A stretch of DNA of 63,279 nucleotides, filler included, from Globobulimina sp. (lineage: Eukaryota): NCBI GenBank assembly GCA_003354225.1. It is 17 parts of 17 records of this genome, joined end to end, with 100 filler letters (N's around TTAATTAATTAA, not from the genome) between each part and the next. Parts side by side here need not be neighbours in the genome. Positions count along the whole stretch, not along the records: positions 1 to 3,631 come from PIVH01002355.1; positions 3,732 to 7,362 come from PIVH01002356.1; positions 7,463 to 11,092 come from PIVH01002357.1; positions 11,193 to 14,822 come from PIVH01002358.1; 13 more parts are not named here. One strand, written 5' to 3'. The notes below the pieces were generated by a model that saw nothing but the letters and a program-made list of their open reading frames with translations, made no database searches and had not been told where the DNA came from. The translations under genes were made by a program, and so were the position numbers. Within the stretch, counting starts at the first letter, position 1, and each line of letters starts with the position of its first letter. Shown one piece after another: positions 1 through 12,352 of the stretch.

Positions 1-848
1 CATAGTTTTAGGAGCATTTTTAACTGATTTATGTCGCCATTTTCTTGATTCACACAGGAATTAATAATTTGCAGTGTAATCAGTGGATATTTTGGCAAAC
101 AATGATGTAATAAGACATTTAATGAGGGTTTGTGCTGTAAAGTATTGATAGAAATCGTGATAAACAAAGCAGGAAACGCACAACAGATAATATATAATAT
201 CCATATGTTCCCGCTTTTGTTATCACCATTGTTGATATTAAATATTTTAATAATATTAACTGGATCGTCAGTATACGAATGAATCCATTTTAATAAAGAG
301 GTAAATAAAGCCTTTGTTTGATGCTTTTTTTGTAATAAAAAATTATAAATTTGTTGAATATTTTGCTGATTTGATGCGAATTTATTATGCATTTCGCTTA
401 ATGTGTTAACACAAAATGAAATTAATAAGAAATGAATACGTTGAATGAGTGGATGCGTCGACAATGCACATAATAATTTTTGTAATTTATCGGTTAATGT
501 TAAGGCAAATTTTTGTGATCGACGCATTTTATTTCCTTGTCGTTTGTATCTCATTTTGGTTGAATATATGACTTTGTTTACTTGCTTCAACCTTAATTCT
601 TCCTGAATTGTTCTCTTTTTTCTTCGACCTTTGTCTTCAATTTGCTTTTTTTCTCTTTTTAATTTTGCATGTTCGGCTTTTGAATTTTCAAATAATTCAT
701 GAAGAGAATCAAATTGCTCCTCCGATGATATTACATGATCCATTGATTTATGTAACAACTCATCAAATAATGTCTCATTAAACGCATCACTGTCAATGTA
801 TGGATTTGCAACAAAATTATCCCACCTGGCTGATAAACTCAGTTGCAT
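1..848 (-). CDS. Hypothetical protein, 3'-partial (runs off window edge; absent from ORF track)
   Basis: ATG at 848 (MQLSLSARWDNFVANPYIDSDAF...). Segments translated at both ends are open in the same frame (...NVLLHHCLPKYPLITLQIINSCVNQENGDINQLKMLLKL). Divergent from the gene at 987. Confidence 0.6.
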   Translation of the reverse strand, partial: MQLSLSARWDNFVANPYIDSDAFNETLFDELLHKSMDHVISSEEQFDSLHELFENSKAEHAKLKREKKQIEDKGRRKKRTIQEELRLKQVNKVIYSTKMRYKRQGNKMRRSQKFALTLTDKLQKLLCALSTHPLIQRIHFLLISFCVNTLSEMHNKFASNQQNIQQIYNFLLQKKHQTKALFTSLLKWIHSYTDDPVNIIKIFNINNGDNKSGNIWILYIICCAFPALFITISINTLQHKPSLNVLLHHCLPKYPLITLQIINSCVNQENGDINQLKMLLKL

Positions 849-986
849 GGTTTATTAGTTTAAAGTGTTTGTTATAAAAGATTTTAAATCACAAAATACA
901 AAAAAAAACTTTCCTTCAAAAACTTTTGAGTGTTCGATAATACCGCGTCTATCCTACCCACCAAAGCCAAAAAAAAGCGAATAAGA

Positions 987-1601
987 ATGGCCGATACTGA
1001 AAAAAAAGAATATGCCGAGGCATCGTACAAATTAACAAACCCCACATTCTCAAAAGTAGAACAATTATCGCCAGCCTCCGTTGGTTTTAATTTAATTGTC
1101 AAAGTTGGCAAAATCAAACCAATTATGAACCGATTAAATTTAGACGGTACACGATTAAGAATATCCGAAGCCATCATTGGCGATAAAACCGCGTGCATCA
1201 TATTATCGTTACGAAATGGTATGCTTTCCCTTTCCCTCTCTCTCCGATTACGGAAATTCGCAATAACATAAATAATATATATTTTTTTTTTGATCACAGA
1301 TCAAATCGCCATGGTCCAAGAAGGAAATTGTTTGATTTTACGTAATGCGAAGATCGATATGGTGCAGAATGGTTATATGAGAGTGGCGATCGATCGGTGG
1401 GGTTTGATCGAGAAAGTAGATGAGCAACAATCGCAGGATGAGATCAATGAAAAAAATAATTTATCAGAAGTGGAGTATGAGTTAGTCAAAGAGCCCAATA
1501 ACGAGGATAATTTCAGTCGATCCCGCTATGGCAATCGAAGAGGTCGTGGTCGAGGACGGGGAAATCGAAGAGGTGGCTTTCGAGGTAGACGATACTATTA
1601 A
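987..1601 (+). CDS. OB-fold nucleic-acid-binding protein (At4g28440/SSB-like) with RGG/RG-rich tail; 2 exons
   Basis: Exons 987-1218 and 1300-1601; GT-AG intron 1219-1299 joins ...IGDKTACIILSLRN/DQIAMVQEGNCLILRNAKIDM...MRVAIDRWG. C-terminus RRGRGRGRGNRRGGFRGRR. Confidence 0.85.
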
Positions 1602-2098
1602 ATTCTATCCTATCCACAAAAAAACAAATTAAAATAAATCTAAAAAAACTTTATTTTTTTTTCTTTTTTATTATCTTTTTTTATGTATATCATGCAACAT
1701 TGTGTAACAATCATTTGCTTATTAAATTAATGAATGGTAACAGAGGATTAATGATTTGTTTTCAATTTATATAATTTCTGTGAATTATTACAAGTTTGCA
1801 TGTATTAGTTGTGTGTTTTGCAATTGTATTGGAAGAGACACGTTGGCAGACTGCGCTTGTTTTGCATTCTGATGGTTTTTCTCTTTTGCTTTTTTTTTGT
1901 TGTTTAATATTTTCATGCATGTGATTGTTGCACTTTGTTTTAATTCAATTACAATATCCTACCTCTTATACTATATTACGTATTAAACCAACTGTATTAC
2001 AAAATATGCAATCCGATTCTCGGAGTTTATTAAACCAATTATATTTCTACCTTTTTACTGAAACACAACAAGTTCCGATCTAAATAATTTTATCATTC

Positions 2099-3631
2099 TT
2101 GGCAACGTTGAGTTTTTTCTTTCTGTTAAAAACTGCGTTATCTTCATGTGATACACCGGTAAAACATAGTGTGTGGAACAGAGGAAAAAAACGAAGCAAC
2201 GAACATTTACAACATTGGTTAAGATTTAACAGTTTATTGCATGACACAGACGACATTCTATTAAAACAATGTATGAATGAAACAGTGGATGTGTTTGGAG
2301 GATGGAAAAATTTATTTGTATTCATCAGCAAATATTGTCAACAAAATCAAATAGAATCGATGCATAAAACAATGAAAAAAATAAAATTAAAGACCTCAAA
2401 CAATTACAATGAATTCGAACCACAACAAAACAGTGATGAGAGCACGGAAGAAGAAGCAGACATAGTCGATGCAGACATAAACATGAATCCATTCATATCA
2501 TTACCAAATGAAACATTAAGTCATGTTTGTGACTATTTGACGCATGGCAGAGTCAATGCATTTAAACAAACCTGTCGACAAATTGGTATTATTTGCTTAG
2601 AAGAACAAACAAAAAAAGGTGTTTCTGTATTCAATGCAAATAAATTTCTTTCAAATAAGAATGACATCAATTTACATGATTTTAACTCTCGACATAATTT
2701 TTTTTACAAATCTCGACATAATTCAAACAAAAGAATGTATTCATTTTTTGAAGAATGGCAAGCAAATTATGGTATTCCTGAGCAATATCAATTCATTGTG
2801 ACATTTCCCAAATATTCGACTTACTATGCAACAATCGATGATTTACAACCGCTGCGATTGAGAGCAATCAATACTGTTTCAAACAGGAGATTTATGGTTT
2901 GTGATAATAGAAAAATTGTTATTTTAAACACAAAAACTGGAGCAAGAAAATTCAATATCGATACTGATACAATTACGAAATTAAAAGCAGACAATTATTA
3001 TGTAATGATATTGGAATATTTTGATGTATTAAAACAGCAATGCAATGTGGTTCAATTCTTATTATATAATAAAGATATTTCATATTTGAATGTATTGCAA
3101 TATATTGAATTTAAATATATTTATATTGATAGTCTGGACAATGAATGGCATAAACAGTTATTATTAATATTAAAACAAATGGATTATGATAGTAATTGTC
3201 CCAAATTATGCATTTATAAACATAGTGGCCAATACCTTCTATTAATTCCTGATCATACCATTGAGAACAAAGAATTGTTGGGTTATAGTTACACCATACA
3301 ATTAAATCCCAGACATGAATGGTTTAATAAAACAAGTAAAATAGCTGAAGCGACAGAAATTTGTGCACATTCATTTCATTTAACTGCTCAGGAATTTTGT
3401 AAAAATGTATTAAATGCACCAATTTATTATGAAGGAAATACAGAGTCATTAAAAAAAGCTGTTTGCAAATATTATAAATCAAATTTTCCAAATCAACAAG
3501 AAATGGAAATATTTGATGAAGATTTGCAAACAACATTGACATTCATTGATGGATCCGGATTTAATGGCCGGTTAAAAATGAAAATATTTCAAACTTCATT
3601 AAGTGGTTCGGTTCGAATTAAAATTGCAAAA
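2099..3631 (+). CDS. F-box-like hypothetical protein, 3'-partial
   Basis: Long ORF containing FISLPNETLSHVCDYL...FKQTCRQI, an F-box-like LPxE motif. Start uncertain; truncated by linker. Confidence 0.55.
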
Positions 3632-3731
3632 NNNNNNNNNNNNNNNNNNNNNNNNNNNNNNNNNNNNNNNNNNNNTTAATTAATTAANNNNNNNNNNNNN
3701 NNNNNNNNNNNNNNNNNNNNNNNNNNNNNNN

Positions 3732-4901
3732 TCGATTGAATGTAATATAAATTCAAAGCATGTCCATTAATGCTCACAATCTGTTTATTTGATTGGTTCA
3801 TCCACCAATAATATTCGCTTTTTAATATGTTGAGATATTGCAAATTATTTACAATAAATGAGGTATTTTTATGTTCAAACTCATAAATAGCGTCAACCAT
3901 AAATGTCAATAACGGCGGCTGCGATCTATTTTGATAATATATTCTATTCCCATTAGACATATGGCCCAATGTTGCTGTTAAATTCATTAGATTTGCTACC
4001 GTATTTCTGGCGGAAAGTGACATATTACTCACCAACAAACCCTGTATAATCCAATATGAACTGTACATATTTGTTAACGTATATTGTATGTATTTTCATT
4101 AAAAAACAAATTAAAAAAAGGATAACAAAACTCCCAATAATAAATCTCACGGAATCTGCCTCCGGCAACAATCATTTGTGCGTTTGGCAATGGCAACAAA
4201 CTGTGTCTTTTAGGTTGGCTGTAAACATTTGAATTGATGCTTTTACACAGAAACTGCCATAAATGATAAACAGATGAAGCAAACGTTTGCAATTTTGTGT
4301 CTGATATTTTATTTTTTAATGTTTGCGGCAATTCAATTGAGGCGTTATAATCGATTGGAATGCAGATTGCCATGTCACTGCCAGCGGGATAATGAAAATG
4401 TTGCAGTGTGAAGGCATACACAGCGTCTTTATTATCAGTCAGATTCTGTTCAACAATGCTGCTGTTCCATTCATTCAGTATTATTTCTGGATCCTGCAAC
4501 ATTTCCATGTCCACAAAATACTATGTATATCATTTATGAAATTAATTAAACAGAATATATACAACATTGCAATATTAAACTTTTGAATCATTGAAGAAAT
4601 CAAATTGTTGGATAATATCTAACATATCACCGTAGCAGAAGATGCAACAGCTATCTTTGCATTCAATTTTGTCCACATCAGCAATAGCGGTTCCTTTCCA
4701 AGCAATGAAATCAACTGCAAATAACACAATAATCAATGTAACTGCACATAATAAAACAATCAACGAAATAATGAGTATTTTGCAAAGATTAATATTACGT
4801 TTTTGTACACGTATTTTGGATATGTTGATCGATTTGATTGGCGGAGATCGACTGGAATTATCAGATGAGGTTCTTCCATTTCTTCGATCATCTGAAGACA
4901 T
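3732..4901 (-). CDS. Trehalase (GH37) with N-terminal TM anchor; 3'-partial, 3 exons
   Basis: Introns 4521-4580 (DSK/YFVDM) and 4061-4131 (GGRFREIYYW-D-SYW) restore the GH37 motifs GGRFRExYYWDSYW and NGNRIYYxNRSQPP. Hydrophobic segment ILIISLIVLLCAVTLIIVLFAV near the N-terminus. Confidence 0.9.
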
Positions 4902-5104
4902 TTCCAATTGCTCATATTCAGCTAAGTTAAAAATCTTCAAAAACTTTAAGAAATCAATGTTTATCTGTGATCAAAACAACATTTATGTTAATATTTTAAA
5001 AAAAGAAACGCTGCCAGTCTGCAACAAATTTATAACGAAGAAAAAAAAGAAAAATAATAAGAATAATATCACAAAAGAATATATAATGGACAATCTTACA
5101 TATT

Positions 5105-7087
5105 TTACAGTATTTCCTGGTTAATTAATTTCCGAAATATTTCTTCTTGTCCAGCCACAGTGGCAAGTAATTGTTTGCAAAATTGTGATCTCAAAAATAA
5201 TCGATATTGCGTATTTTCCATATGTTCGAATATTACGCGATGCGGATGATCGAATATATTCGGGTGGATCTCCACTCTCTGCCTATGTTTCTCGTCAAAT
5301 ATTTTGTTAATAGCTTTACAAAATGTTTTCTTTTTATTCTCCCCTTTGATTTTCTCCTTCGAATTGATCAGATATCGGATCGACGTGCACGGCTTGCTAT
5401 GATTATTAATATCAAAATACTTTTTGAAGATCTTGGACGCCGCAAAATGAATATCCTCAATCTCGTCATTGTAACAGGCGTCCTTAAACAGGTCGACCTC
5501 CATCCAAAAGTCCAGCAAATATTGCGCCTCATGCTCCGTCATAAACTGTCGAAAATAGACACAAGCGTCCATGTCATCCAATATTGCCTGCAGACTGGTG
5601 ATCACGTCTTGGGTCGGGATGTCCGGCAAATACGAGATCAGAAAGTACGTCTTGTACAATGGCAGCAATATGGTGATCATAAAGAGGCCCATTCCTCGCA
5701 TCAATATCAAATACATGATCAAGACGCCGTCATCCACGCCGACGTTGCCTGGATTGAAGCCTATCATACACGCACAAAACACCATATCTATCACGGCCAC
5801 GATCATCAATTCCTGTTTGACGCTGAACGCGCGCCAAACCAAACGGATCCAGTACACAATCAATATCAACACAAAGATCTCGACGGCGTGGATCACCACC
5901 CAGATGAATATGGCGCTGCTCTCAAAAGACGCCTCATTGCAGGACTTGATAAAGGTGGGCAACAAATGGTTGTTGTCGCAGAAATAATTGGTGATCGAGA
6001 TGACAATGAATGGGAACAGACAGCCCGCAAAGATGCGCATTAATTTCCTATCCAACCGGGAGCTGTACGACAAGGCAAATTCGTCGCAGTTGAAAGAGCC
6101 AGAATCGCCTTGTGCCGATAACTGAGAATTGCTGCGTTGCTTAATGATGCTCGACGCGCTGTGCACCGATTGGATGGTGTGATTATCGAAATTGGCGCCG
6201 GACATCACGGATTTTGATTTTTTGGTCTCGTCGCCGTATTGCACGTTGGTCACAGACTGGGTGCGCGCCGAACGGAAGATGTTCATGTCGCGGTTGTAGG
6301 CGCTGTGTGTGGTGGTGGCCTGGTCGTAGATTTTCTTGATGCGAAAAGCGCGGAAAAAATAGGGTAGGATGAGTAGGGGATACATGATGTTGTTGAAAGT
6401 GTGCGTGGTGTAACAGCCTAACCACGACGGCGAGAACATCAATCCGATGCAGGCCCAGATCATATAGAAAGGCAATGCTATGCAGAAGATGGTGATGAAG
6501 GTGCAACTACGCGACCTGTATTGTATCGATTGGAATGTTTTTGGTTTGCTGTGCGAGGATGTATGTTGTATAGAATTATAATTAGAAGTTAACTTTAATG
6601 GGTGTTTGTCCTTTCTGATCGCAAACAAACTGATACAGCAAATGAACATGATGATGAATATGATGATGTATATGAAGAAATACACAAACTGCACACAATA
6701 ATGGCTGCCGTCACGGCATATGGCAGCAATGGTGGGGTAATGCCAGAAATCGAGGACGTGCGTGTCGTCCTTGTCTGTGTGTTGACGGACAGAGGGCGCA
6801 ATGCGTGCATATTCCGGTATTATTTGCGATGCGCCAGCAATGAAAAAGATTAATGGGGATACAAAAAATATGATGGATATGACAAAGGTTAATTGCAATA
6901 TCTTGCGCATACATTGTTCGTTTTTGGAGGATGTGTCGTGATACAATGAGCGTGGCGATAAACCGCCCACAAATGGTTCAAAATAACTGTTGTTGTTGCT
7001 GGTTGGGTAATATTTGCTATTTATGTTATGGAAATCATTGGTAATGTCGATACCATCGTATTCGTGGTCATGTGCTGAATTCTCCAT
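5105..7087 (-). CDS. Multi-pass (7TM-like) protein with C-terminal RGS domain
   Basis: Several TM segments, then SLQAILDDMDACVYFRQFMTEHEAQYLLDFWMEVDLFK...ASKIFKKYF...IFEHMENTQYRLFLRS, the RGS box pattern. Confidence 0.85.
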   Translation of the reverse strand: MENSAHDHEYDGIDITNDFHNINSKYYPTSNNNSYFEPFVGGLSPRSLYHDTSSKNEQCMRKILQLTFVISIIFFVSPLIFFIAGASQIIPEYARIAPSVRQHTDKDDTHVLDFWHYPTIAAICRDGSHYCVQFVYFFIYIIIFIIMFICCISLFAIRKDKHPLKLTSNYNSIQHTSSHSKPKTFQSIQYRSRSCTFITIFCIALPFYMIWACIGLMFSPSWLGCYTTHTFNNIMYPLLILPYFFRAFRIKKIYDQATTTHSAYNRDMNIFRSARTQSVTNVQYGDETKKSKSVMSGANFDNHTIQSVHSASSIIKQRSNSQLSAQGDSGSFNCDEFALSYSSRLDRKLMRIFAGCLFPFIVISITNYFCDNNHLLPTFIKSCNEASFESSAIFIWVVIHAVEIFVLILIVYWIRLVWRAFSVKQELMIVAVIDMVFCACMIGFNPGNVGVDDGVLIMYLILMRGMGLFMITILLPLYKTYFLISYLPDIPTQDVITSLQAILDDMDACVYFRQFMTEHEAQYLLDFWMEVDLFKDACYNDEIEDIHFAASKIFKKYFDINNHSKPCTSIRYLINSKEKIKGENKKKTFCKAINKIFDEKHRQRVEIHPNIFDHPHRVIFEHMENTQYRLFLRSQFCKQLLATVAGQEEIFRKLINQEIL

Positions 7088-7362
7088 TTCTAAGTTTAAC
7101 CTTTATATAATATGGCTGATAGTAATACTTGCTATATTCTCTTTTCTAGCCCAGTATATTGCAGATGTATTCATTAATAAAGACGGTGATTACTATGGTG
7201 GGTATTTTGATCCATTATTATTCATCCTTATAACAACAGGGATGAGAGCTTATAGCGAAAAGCTCAAGGATAAATATTTAATCCAGGAAGCAAAGACAAA
7301 ACAAACAGAGATTGAATTAAAGTTACAGGAAACAGAAGCCAAGCATATAAAAGCAGAGTTGG
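7088..7362 (+). other. Fragment resembling a bacterial LytS/YehU-type membrane sensor kinase (possible chimeric junction)
   Basis: Open frame ...YFDPLLFILITTGMRAYSEKLKDKYLIQEAKTKQTEIELKLQETEAKHIKAEL resembles the TM/coiled-coil segment that precedes the QINPHF H-box. No start codon; abuts the RGS gene ATG. Confidence 0.45.
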
Positions 7363-7462
7363 NNNNNNNNNNNNNNNNNNNNNNNNNNNNNNNNNNNNNN
7401 NNNNNNTTAATTAATTAANNNNNNNNNNNNNNNNNNNNNNNNNNNNNNNNNNNNNNNNNNNN

Positions 7463-10400
7463 TTAAAAGTTTAGCCACAAAGGGATATAATATCGCGGTG
7501 CAAATATATAATACACACAATTATTACGAGCACGTATTAAATATCACGGAGGTTATTCGTAATTTGTGCGCTCAGTTCAAAGACGAAGAGTTATGCATAA
7601 AATGCGACAAATTGTACGAATCGGCGTTGTTTAAATGTGACGATTTGCAAATTGTTTATGATAAAATCGGGAAAAATATTGCAATTTGTTTGGACATGGC
7701 GAACAATTTGAAAACGAATGACATTTCCATGGCGTATAAACATTTAAAGTTATTGGTGAAATATGAGACGCATTCGATGAATAAAGAGAAGTTTGCAAAT
7801 AACCACACATCGATTTCTTTGATTGATATGCTGACAAATCTAGGCATTGAGTTAAATAATTTGAATGAAAATATAATAATTAAGTTATTAACTCGACAGT
7901 TGGAGTTCTACCAATCCTCATTTACATATAACACAACCATTCAACAAATAGAAATTTTAGAAACATTATTAAAAAATTATTTTAATAATGAAAAGCCACT
8001 GCAAAGAGCCATTGCTTTGATAGATTTGGCGAAATTAATTCGCATTTCGAAACCAGCCAACATTGCCAAACCCGCAACGCCTAAAAAGCAGAAAACAAAT
8101 TACAGCGTATCCGACGATATGAGTCAAGTATTTGCCTCGCAGTTAAATATATCTTTTATGTCTGAAGAGACCGAAGCAACCCGAGAGGCATACGATATGT
8201 GTATGGATGAAGACGATTGCGAGATGGATCGAAGTCCCTTGGATTTGTTGGAAGAAGCCATTGATTTACTAAGTCAAGTAAAACAGTGCGGTGTGGATGA
8301 CAATGAAGTTGCGTTTGAAATGATTTTGGACGATGTATTGGCCGGCGCATATTTATGGAAATCCATTGTGAAACGAGAGTTGTTTGCCACTGCACAGGCT
8401 GTCCAATCCCAAATTGATAGTTTGAACTCATCGATACTTAATTTGCGATTAGAAGCAAATGAGGATGGTGATGCCATTGGATTTGAATGCATGTTGAAAG
8501 CATTAGAGATTTGGAGCCATTTAATCTCAAAATGTGACAGAAAATGTAAACATTTGTGTGGCGAAACGGGATTCGATAAATGCGATAAATGCCACAAATG
8601 TTTCAGAAATCTATTTTGTACCATTCAACATCTACAGATTATGGTGGATTACCTGCATTTGCATAATTATGTGTCTCTGGAGATCTTTGTTTTAGATCGA
8701 ATGATCAGTTTATTATCGACCATGTGCAGCGCCGGCCATTTGTCGTGGTGTCGCGAATATAGATTGCTATGCTTATGTTGGTCGGCCAGCGCCTATTATA
8801 AATTTGGAAATATTGGCGAGTCAAAGAAAGTATTCATGGAATTAGAGCCTGTTTTGCTAGCAAGCACTCCCACCATTTCCCAGCACGTTGCAAAGCATAT
8901 TCATATTTTATATGCACAGTACCAAGCATTCACAAACGAAAAACAAGGAATTGAGACCTTGCTATCATTCAAAAAAGAGCTTGAGAAAAATAAAAATAAT
9001 AAGTGGGAAAATGTATATTTAATGGCAAAGGTAAAAATTGCTTTGGCTCGAATACAAATTGAAGCGCCACACACTTTGCAGCAAATAGGTGACATTGATC
9101 TGGATATCGACCCTCAAACATTGGCCAAAGACGCATTGTTACGTTTTACTTCGTTGATTGATAAATTGAATCAACAATTTACGTTCAAAAATGATTTGGA
9201 AAATAATAAACATACATCATTGACATACAATTCTTTTATCAACGCATTACCAAACACAAAATTCCAATTTTTGGCAGCATCCTCGAAGCAATATTTGTCG
9301 ACGCACCATCCACAAAGCAACATTCATGAAAACCATACGAAAATGTTTTATCATTATCCCTCTGAATTTCGTCTAATTGCTGATTTTTTGAAATGTATTC
9401 AAATTTTAGGCCGTTATTTGTCAATTATTCATGAACCGAAGCACTCATTGTATCACTTTGAAAATGGTAAGAAGGCCACACATAATTTAGTGGTGCAGCC
9501 GCAGCAAGAAATATTCTTAATTGATTTGGCTAAAATTCAGAGTAAACAGGAAAATTGGCACGAATATGATTGTTATTTGAAGAAATTTAATGAGATTTCA
9601 ATGTTATCCACAATCAAATTATCCGCCTCGTTAAGACGAAGAATATATGGCAGTTTATGCAAAATAACACCGTATGCCGATGACTATGATTGTGGCATAA
9701 AGAACATTTTGTACATTGAGTGTGTTGCGGATGAGCTGCGATATAAATGTAAATATATGGATGCGATGGCTGAATATGACAAAAGTTTGTCTATTATTGA
9801 CTCATTTTTTGCTGCTAAAAGCAGAAAAATCGGAAATGATTTCCTGCCAATCGCCAGATTGCAATGTTCACTGCAAAGGAAATATGCTGTTTGTTTGTTG
9901 AATTTGCGACAACCAAACTCTTTGCAGCAATGTTTGAAAATATGTTTTGAGATTTTAAAAGAAAAAGCAATTTTAAATGATTTGATGATCGCTAAAATCA
10001 AATTATATATTGGACAATGCTTAATTTTGCAGCTCCAATCTGAATGCAACAACATTCTGCAAATAATATGGAAAGGAAATGCGGAAACTATTGAATTAGA
10101 ATCAATTTTGAGCTGCAAAATGAATATGAATATGAATGTGGAGGATAAATATTTAATTAATGATGAGATCGAAGCAGTTATTTGTTGTCGCCAGCATTTG
10201 TTGCAATGTTTATTGATTTTGTTACATTTGAAGACTGTGAATCCGTCTTTGATCAAAAGAGTATCCTTTGCATTGTCATACATTTATGGTGAGACCAATA
10301 TAAAATGGAGCACAATGTTTTTAAATATGTGCCAATCTGCAAATACACGGCAAGCGGCAATGAAACAATACAGGAAACAATTAAATGTTATTAAGCAGCA

Positions 10401-11092
10401 ATGGCAGCAATTTAAAAGTGCGCGAAAAGAATTTAATATTAATGTGGATGCGAAGGGCAATGGCAACATAAATGTCAGTATAAAAGATTTAGAAATTTCA
10501 ATGAAAAAATTAAAATTGAATAAAAAAAATAATAACAATGCTTTTAATAAAAATGATTATTTACAGAATGAAGAGTATGAGAGTCTGTACACGCGATTTT
10601 ATCATAAATTGCTGTCAGTTTCGTATTATAATAAGAATGAGAATGAGAACGAGAATGAGTTTGATTATAATGATTATAAATGCTGTTCCAAAATAATGCA
10701 ACTGATTTGCGACAAGTTTTACTGTCAAACTGTGGAATATTTGCAATATTCATGGAATTGTTTGTCCATAGAAGTTGATCATTTGTTGCAAACAATGTTG
10801 ATTTGTGTAATAAATCCGAGCTCAACGTCGAGAAAGACGGCGACTGAGATTGTAATTGTCAATGTAGCAATAAATAAGAATTCCAATGCAAACAATGAAA
10901 GCAATGAAATAAAAGATGAAGAAAACGATGATGCGACGTATGATAATATAATGCGTGGATTTGATGCCTTTTTGCAGGAAGCAAATGAATCGACGCATTG
11001 TGGAAAAAAGTGTGTAAGCAAAGATGAGATAAAATTGTGGTGGCAAAATAGATACAAATTGGATGAGAAACTAAAAACGCATTTAGATGAAA
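7463..11092 (+). CDS. ESP1: Separase (peptidase C50), internal fragment
   Basis: A >1200-aa helical ORF spans the whole contig and ends in KLWWQNRYKLDEKLK, the WWxxRxxLDxxL motif that opens the separase C-terminal domain. Catalytic region lies beyond the contig. Confidence 0.75.
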
Positions 11093-11496
11093 NNNNNNNN
11101 NNNNNNNNNNNNNNNNNNNNNNNNNNNNNNNNNNNNTTAATTAATTAANNNNNNNNNNNNNNNNNNNNNNNNNNNNNNNNNNNNNNNNNNNNGAAGAAGC
11201 CATCAAAGACTTGCCTATTTGATAATTATAAAGATTACAGTGAGCTATAATCGCAATTTACAGCGTTTTGGCTATCTAGAAAGAATTGAACATAATAATA
11301 TTAAAATATGACAAAAGAATTCAACTATTAAAACAATATAAAAATTGACAATAGAATTAAAATAAATTTATATATAAATATAAAAAAAAAAGAGAGATAG
11401 TAAACGTTAGAACATTGATTGTATGATAAATATATATAATGTGTAATATATGAAAAGTACATAATTACATAAAATACATTACGTTATTTCATTGCG

Positions 11497-12162
11497 TTAC
11501 TCATTGGACGCCATATCATTGACGATATCATCCATTAATGCATCTGCACTCACCGTATTTAATGATATATTTTCTTGAAATTCTATGGTTGTTTGTCTTT
11601 CCAGTTTGTTTCTTTCTTTTCCAATCGATGATAAAGTCTGATCCTCCTCCATCTCACTCTCATCGTCCGTAATCACCATATCTTGATCGATTAATATATC
11701 CATCTGTGGAACATTGGGGAATTGAAAGGTCCCTTCTCTGCGTCTGCCGGAGTCTGTTTGTGAATGAACAACAACAGATCCCGTCGAATTATTGTCTTTT
11801 TCATCCATAATTAAATCCAGTTTACCATAAGGAATTGTAGGTATCGCGCTATCTGCAGAATTATGATAAATCATCGATCCGCTGGAAAATTGGGTATCTT
11901 CGTCTTGACAGTCAATGCTTTGGAAGTGTAATAATTTGGTTAGCCTTCCTAATGTATCGCTGCCATTGCTGTATATCATTGGTTTTACATTTAGGTGCGA
12001 TCGCGACAAACTGTTATTTTTATGTTTATCTGTAGCCACAGTGAGATTGGTCAAAGTGGTGACAGTGCCTTCCTCGTCACTCGAATAATCACTTTCTTCG
12101 AATTGGAATTTATGTTCTATTTTATCAGCGTCATTTGGAGTCGAGCTCGTAGTCGCACCCAC
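11497..12162 (-). CDS. Acidic low-complexity hypothetical protein, possible N-myristoylation (MGATTS)
   Basis: 221-aa ORF with an MGxxxS N-terminus and acidic composition. Confidence 0.6.
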   Translation of the reverse strand: MGATTSSTPNDADKIEHKFQFEESDYSSDEEGTVTTLTNLTVATDKHKNNSLSRSHLNVKPMIYSNGSDTLGRLTKLLHFQSIDCQDEDTQFSSGSMIYHNSADSAIPTIPYGKLDLIMDEKDNNSTGSVVVHSQTDSGRRREGTFQFPNVPQMDILIDQDMVITDDESEMEEDQTLSSIGKERNKLERQTTIEFQENISLNTVSADALMDDIVNDMASNE

Positions 12163-12352
12163 ACTCTCACTCTCACTCTTTGTACTGTCCGTCGACGTAG
12201 TTTTATCCGTATGTTTCTTAATTTGGTTAGCATTTTATTCAATGGATTTTATTTCAACATAATAGCTGCGGTTCTCCGGTATGTTTGTACATGAAATGCA
12301 TTACAGAAACATAATTTAAATAACGTATATTATGTACAGACATACATTGCCA

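Noticed and set aside
3632-3731. N-run + TTAATTAATTAA + N-run recurring every ~3.73 kb (16 times)
   Set aside because: Artificial contig linker with stops in all six frames. The periodicity reflects length-sorted contigs, and ORFs ending in XXX-LIN are artefacts.
5207-6043. Long antisense ORFs over GC-rich genes (also 23803-24222, 41628-42614, 61267-61990)
   Set aside because: Shadow ORFs from codon bias of the real gene; no recognisable motifs.
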